64,000 bases of DNA. Source: a virus. Lineage: Duplodnaviria > Caudoviricetes. This document shows, one piece after another, positions 62,256 through 64,000 of the stretch. Numbering within the stretch: the stretch's first letter is position 1; the number at the start of each line of letters is the position of its first letter. Position numbers and translations under genes: made by a program. The stretch is from IMG/VR virus record IMGVR_UViG_3300026522_000022, positions 66,611-130,610 of that record; one strand, written 5' to 3'. Under the pieces are notes generated by a model. That model was not told where the DNA came from, made no database searches, and worked only from the letters and a program-made list of their open reading frames with translations.

Positions 62256-62930
62256 TTAACGGTTGTACTGTTTGCGCCATGCCTTGAATTTAGGCTGGCA
62301 AGCGATGTAGGCATTAGATACCGGCTCGGTATTCATGCGGGCGTGTTGTCTCAAAACCTTAAACAGAATCGCCGCTTCGAGTTCGGCATCCGCAAGCGCA
62401 GTGTGCTCCTCCTCAAAGTTGGCATCTTGAAGAACATACGCGCCAACGCTGTTAGCATTTGTGCGAACGTTACCCGAATCACTCACAAAACCGCAAACCG
62501 TCGCAAACTTGAAATAGTTACGGCTATTGCAGATGGTTTGAGCGGCGGCGGCGTTGATGCAATGCCACGACATGCCAGCGGGGAGAAAATCGCCGTCATA
62601 GGTGGCATTCAGTGCGCTAATATCGGCCATTGCGTAATAGGCCCAAACCTGCGAAACGTTGAACGCCCTGCAAGCATCAAGGAACAGGGCGCGGGCGTTT
62701 TCACGTGAAACGACACGGGCCGCGCCCGTCTCAATTGCCGCGATGTAGGCGGGGAGCTTGTCCGCATAATGAGCGGTACGCATATCGTTTTCAAGGATAG
62801 TTTCGGCGATGATGGAGCGGGCGCGAGTGACAATTTCGCCCGTCTTGTCGTTCATGATACAAAAGCCAAAGTCATAAACGGCCTTACGCGGGACGGTCAA
62901 AAACTCGGTGTCGATGATTGCACGGTACAT
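62256..62930 (-). CDS. DEDDh 3'-5' exonuclease
   Basis: IIDTE, AY.A..D, HTALADA. Confidence 0.8.
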   Translation of the reverse strand: MYRAIIDTEFLTVPRKAVYDFGFCIMNDKTGEIVTRARSIIAETILENDMRTAHYADKLPAYIAAIETGAARVVSRENARALFLDACRAFNVSQVWAYYAMADISALNATYDGDFLPAGMSWHCINAAAAQTICNSRNYFKFATVCGFVSDSGNVRTNANSVGAYVLQDANFEEEHTALADAELEAAILFKVLRQHARMNTEPVSNAYIACQPKFKAWRKQYNR

Positions 62931-63405
62931 TCAAAACCCCTTTCGTTATGTTTTAACCTAGTAACTATGTTAGCAGAACGCCGACCAAAAGCAAGCATTT
63001 AGGAGGATACAAAAAGTTTAACAGTGAAACTGTTTGTATCTTGACATTTATGTAGTGCGGGGTGTAGAATTTTCGGCCGACCGCTATCACACTCTACTGT
63101 GATGGAGTGCAAATATGAATTTACAATTGTAAAGGTAAAGTTAACCTTGGTTAACTTTTTCAGAACCCCCCGATACCTATTCTACTACTATTAACGCTTG
63201 AGTACAATACCCTAATTCGGTTTTAGGAAAAATTTAAGTGCATTTAATATTAGATACGTTTGTAAATTTAAACTTGATAGGTAAAGTATAGATTTCGCGG
63301 CCGACTATGACATTTGTAAGGGTTCATATTTGTAATAGTTTAAGCTTTTCACGTGAAAACAAAAAAGCCCGCTTGCGCGGGCTTTTGTTGGGGCTTTTGT
63401 TTGGG

Positions 63406-63687
63406 CTAGATATCGTAGCTGGCATACCCAACAATGACCTTGCAGTCCTCGAAGTAGTAGTAGTTGTAGAAGTCCTTCTCGACCTTGTCCGCGCCCTCGG
63501 CGAGCAGTCGCTCTACGCGCGCGACGGCGTTCTCGTCGTAGTCGGCCATGGCCTCGTTCCAGTCCTCGTCAAACCCGTTGAAGTCCTCGACGGTAGCCCA
63601 AATGGTGTCCGCATACTTGCTGCCGCCCTCATGGAAGTAGACGTCCTCGCAGCTCTTCAGAATGGTAATGACCTCGTTGCGCTTCAT
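63406..63687 (-). CDS. Acidic early-type hypothetical protein
   Basis: AAAGGGG SD, promoter, GC-rich codons. Confidence 0.7.
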   Translation of the reverse strand: MKRNEVITILKSCEDVYFHEGGSKYADTIWATVEDFNGFDEDWNEAMADYDENAVARVERLLAEGADKVEKDFYNYYYFEDCKVIVGYASYDI

Positions 63688-63814
63688 TTTGAACCCCTTT
63701 CAATCTTTAACCTTACAATACTAATTATAGTCATTGCGGGTCTGATTGCAATAGGTTTTGGAAAAATTGTTTATTCTATTTTGAGAACAATGTTTAACTA
63801 AACTCAACTGCTTT

Positions 63815-64000
63815 TGTTTACTTTAATACTCTACTGTGGTGGAGTAATTAAACTTAATTGGTTTTGTTTACTTTAGCACTTTAGTGTGATGGAGTAACTA
63901 AATCCTAGTAGTTAAGTATACTTTAGCACTCTGCTGTGCTAAAGTGATTAAAGTAGATAGATATTGTTTACTTTAGCACTCTACTGCGGTGGAGTGAATT
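63815..64000. repeat. About 50-bp repeat x4 (continues past the window)
   Basis: TACTTTAGCACTCTACTGCGGTGGAGT consensus. Confidence 0.75.

Noticed and set aside
569-63801. Many antisense and alternate-frame ORFs in the track (e.g. 17185-17727, 31389-31952, 52887-53510, 63307-63801)
   Set aside because: They are shadows of well-supported genes on the other strand or frame.
63815-64000. True CIRCE/HrcA operators
   Set aside because: The spacer is 10 nt rather than 9 and the right arms diverge. Kept as an unassigned repeat.

Overview
This is a 64-kb segment of a large AT-rich tailed-phage genome. The host is probably a Gram-positive gut anaerobe; Coriobacteriia is a tentative guess. Positions 1-30.8 kb (minus strand) carry a DNA replication and nucleotide module: nrdD, a guanylate kinase-like gene, dnaE, a DNA methylase, recJ, primase, helicase, SSB, ligase and gyrA/gyrB, with six group I introns in these genes. 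Positions 31-57 kb (plus strand) carry RNA-repair enzymes, 15 tRNA genes (two with group I introns), several large structured ncRNA candidates, two GT8 glycosyltransferases, a GH25 lysin and an iteron/Rep origin candidate. Positions 58-64 kb hold GC-rich early-type genes in motif-dense spacers. Main result: many ORFs in the supplied track are broken at TGA codons that sit at conserved Trp positions, so UGA is read as Trp. The matching opal-suppressor tRNA-Trp(UCA) at 48539-48826 is hidden by a group I intron in its anticodon, and its long variable arm carries a second, canonical Trp CCA anticodon loop. dnaE can only be made through a +1 shift at CUU-UGA-C, the RF2 (prfB) frameshift core. Together these suggest a UGA-centred translational switch (inference). 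A second candidate system is a dense array of host regulator binding-site look-alikes (LexA, CopY/BlaI, DtxR-like, ArgR, DnaA, ArsR, parS, XerD arm) at 60.4-64 kb. All family assignments are by eye; no searches were run.
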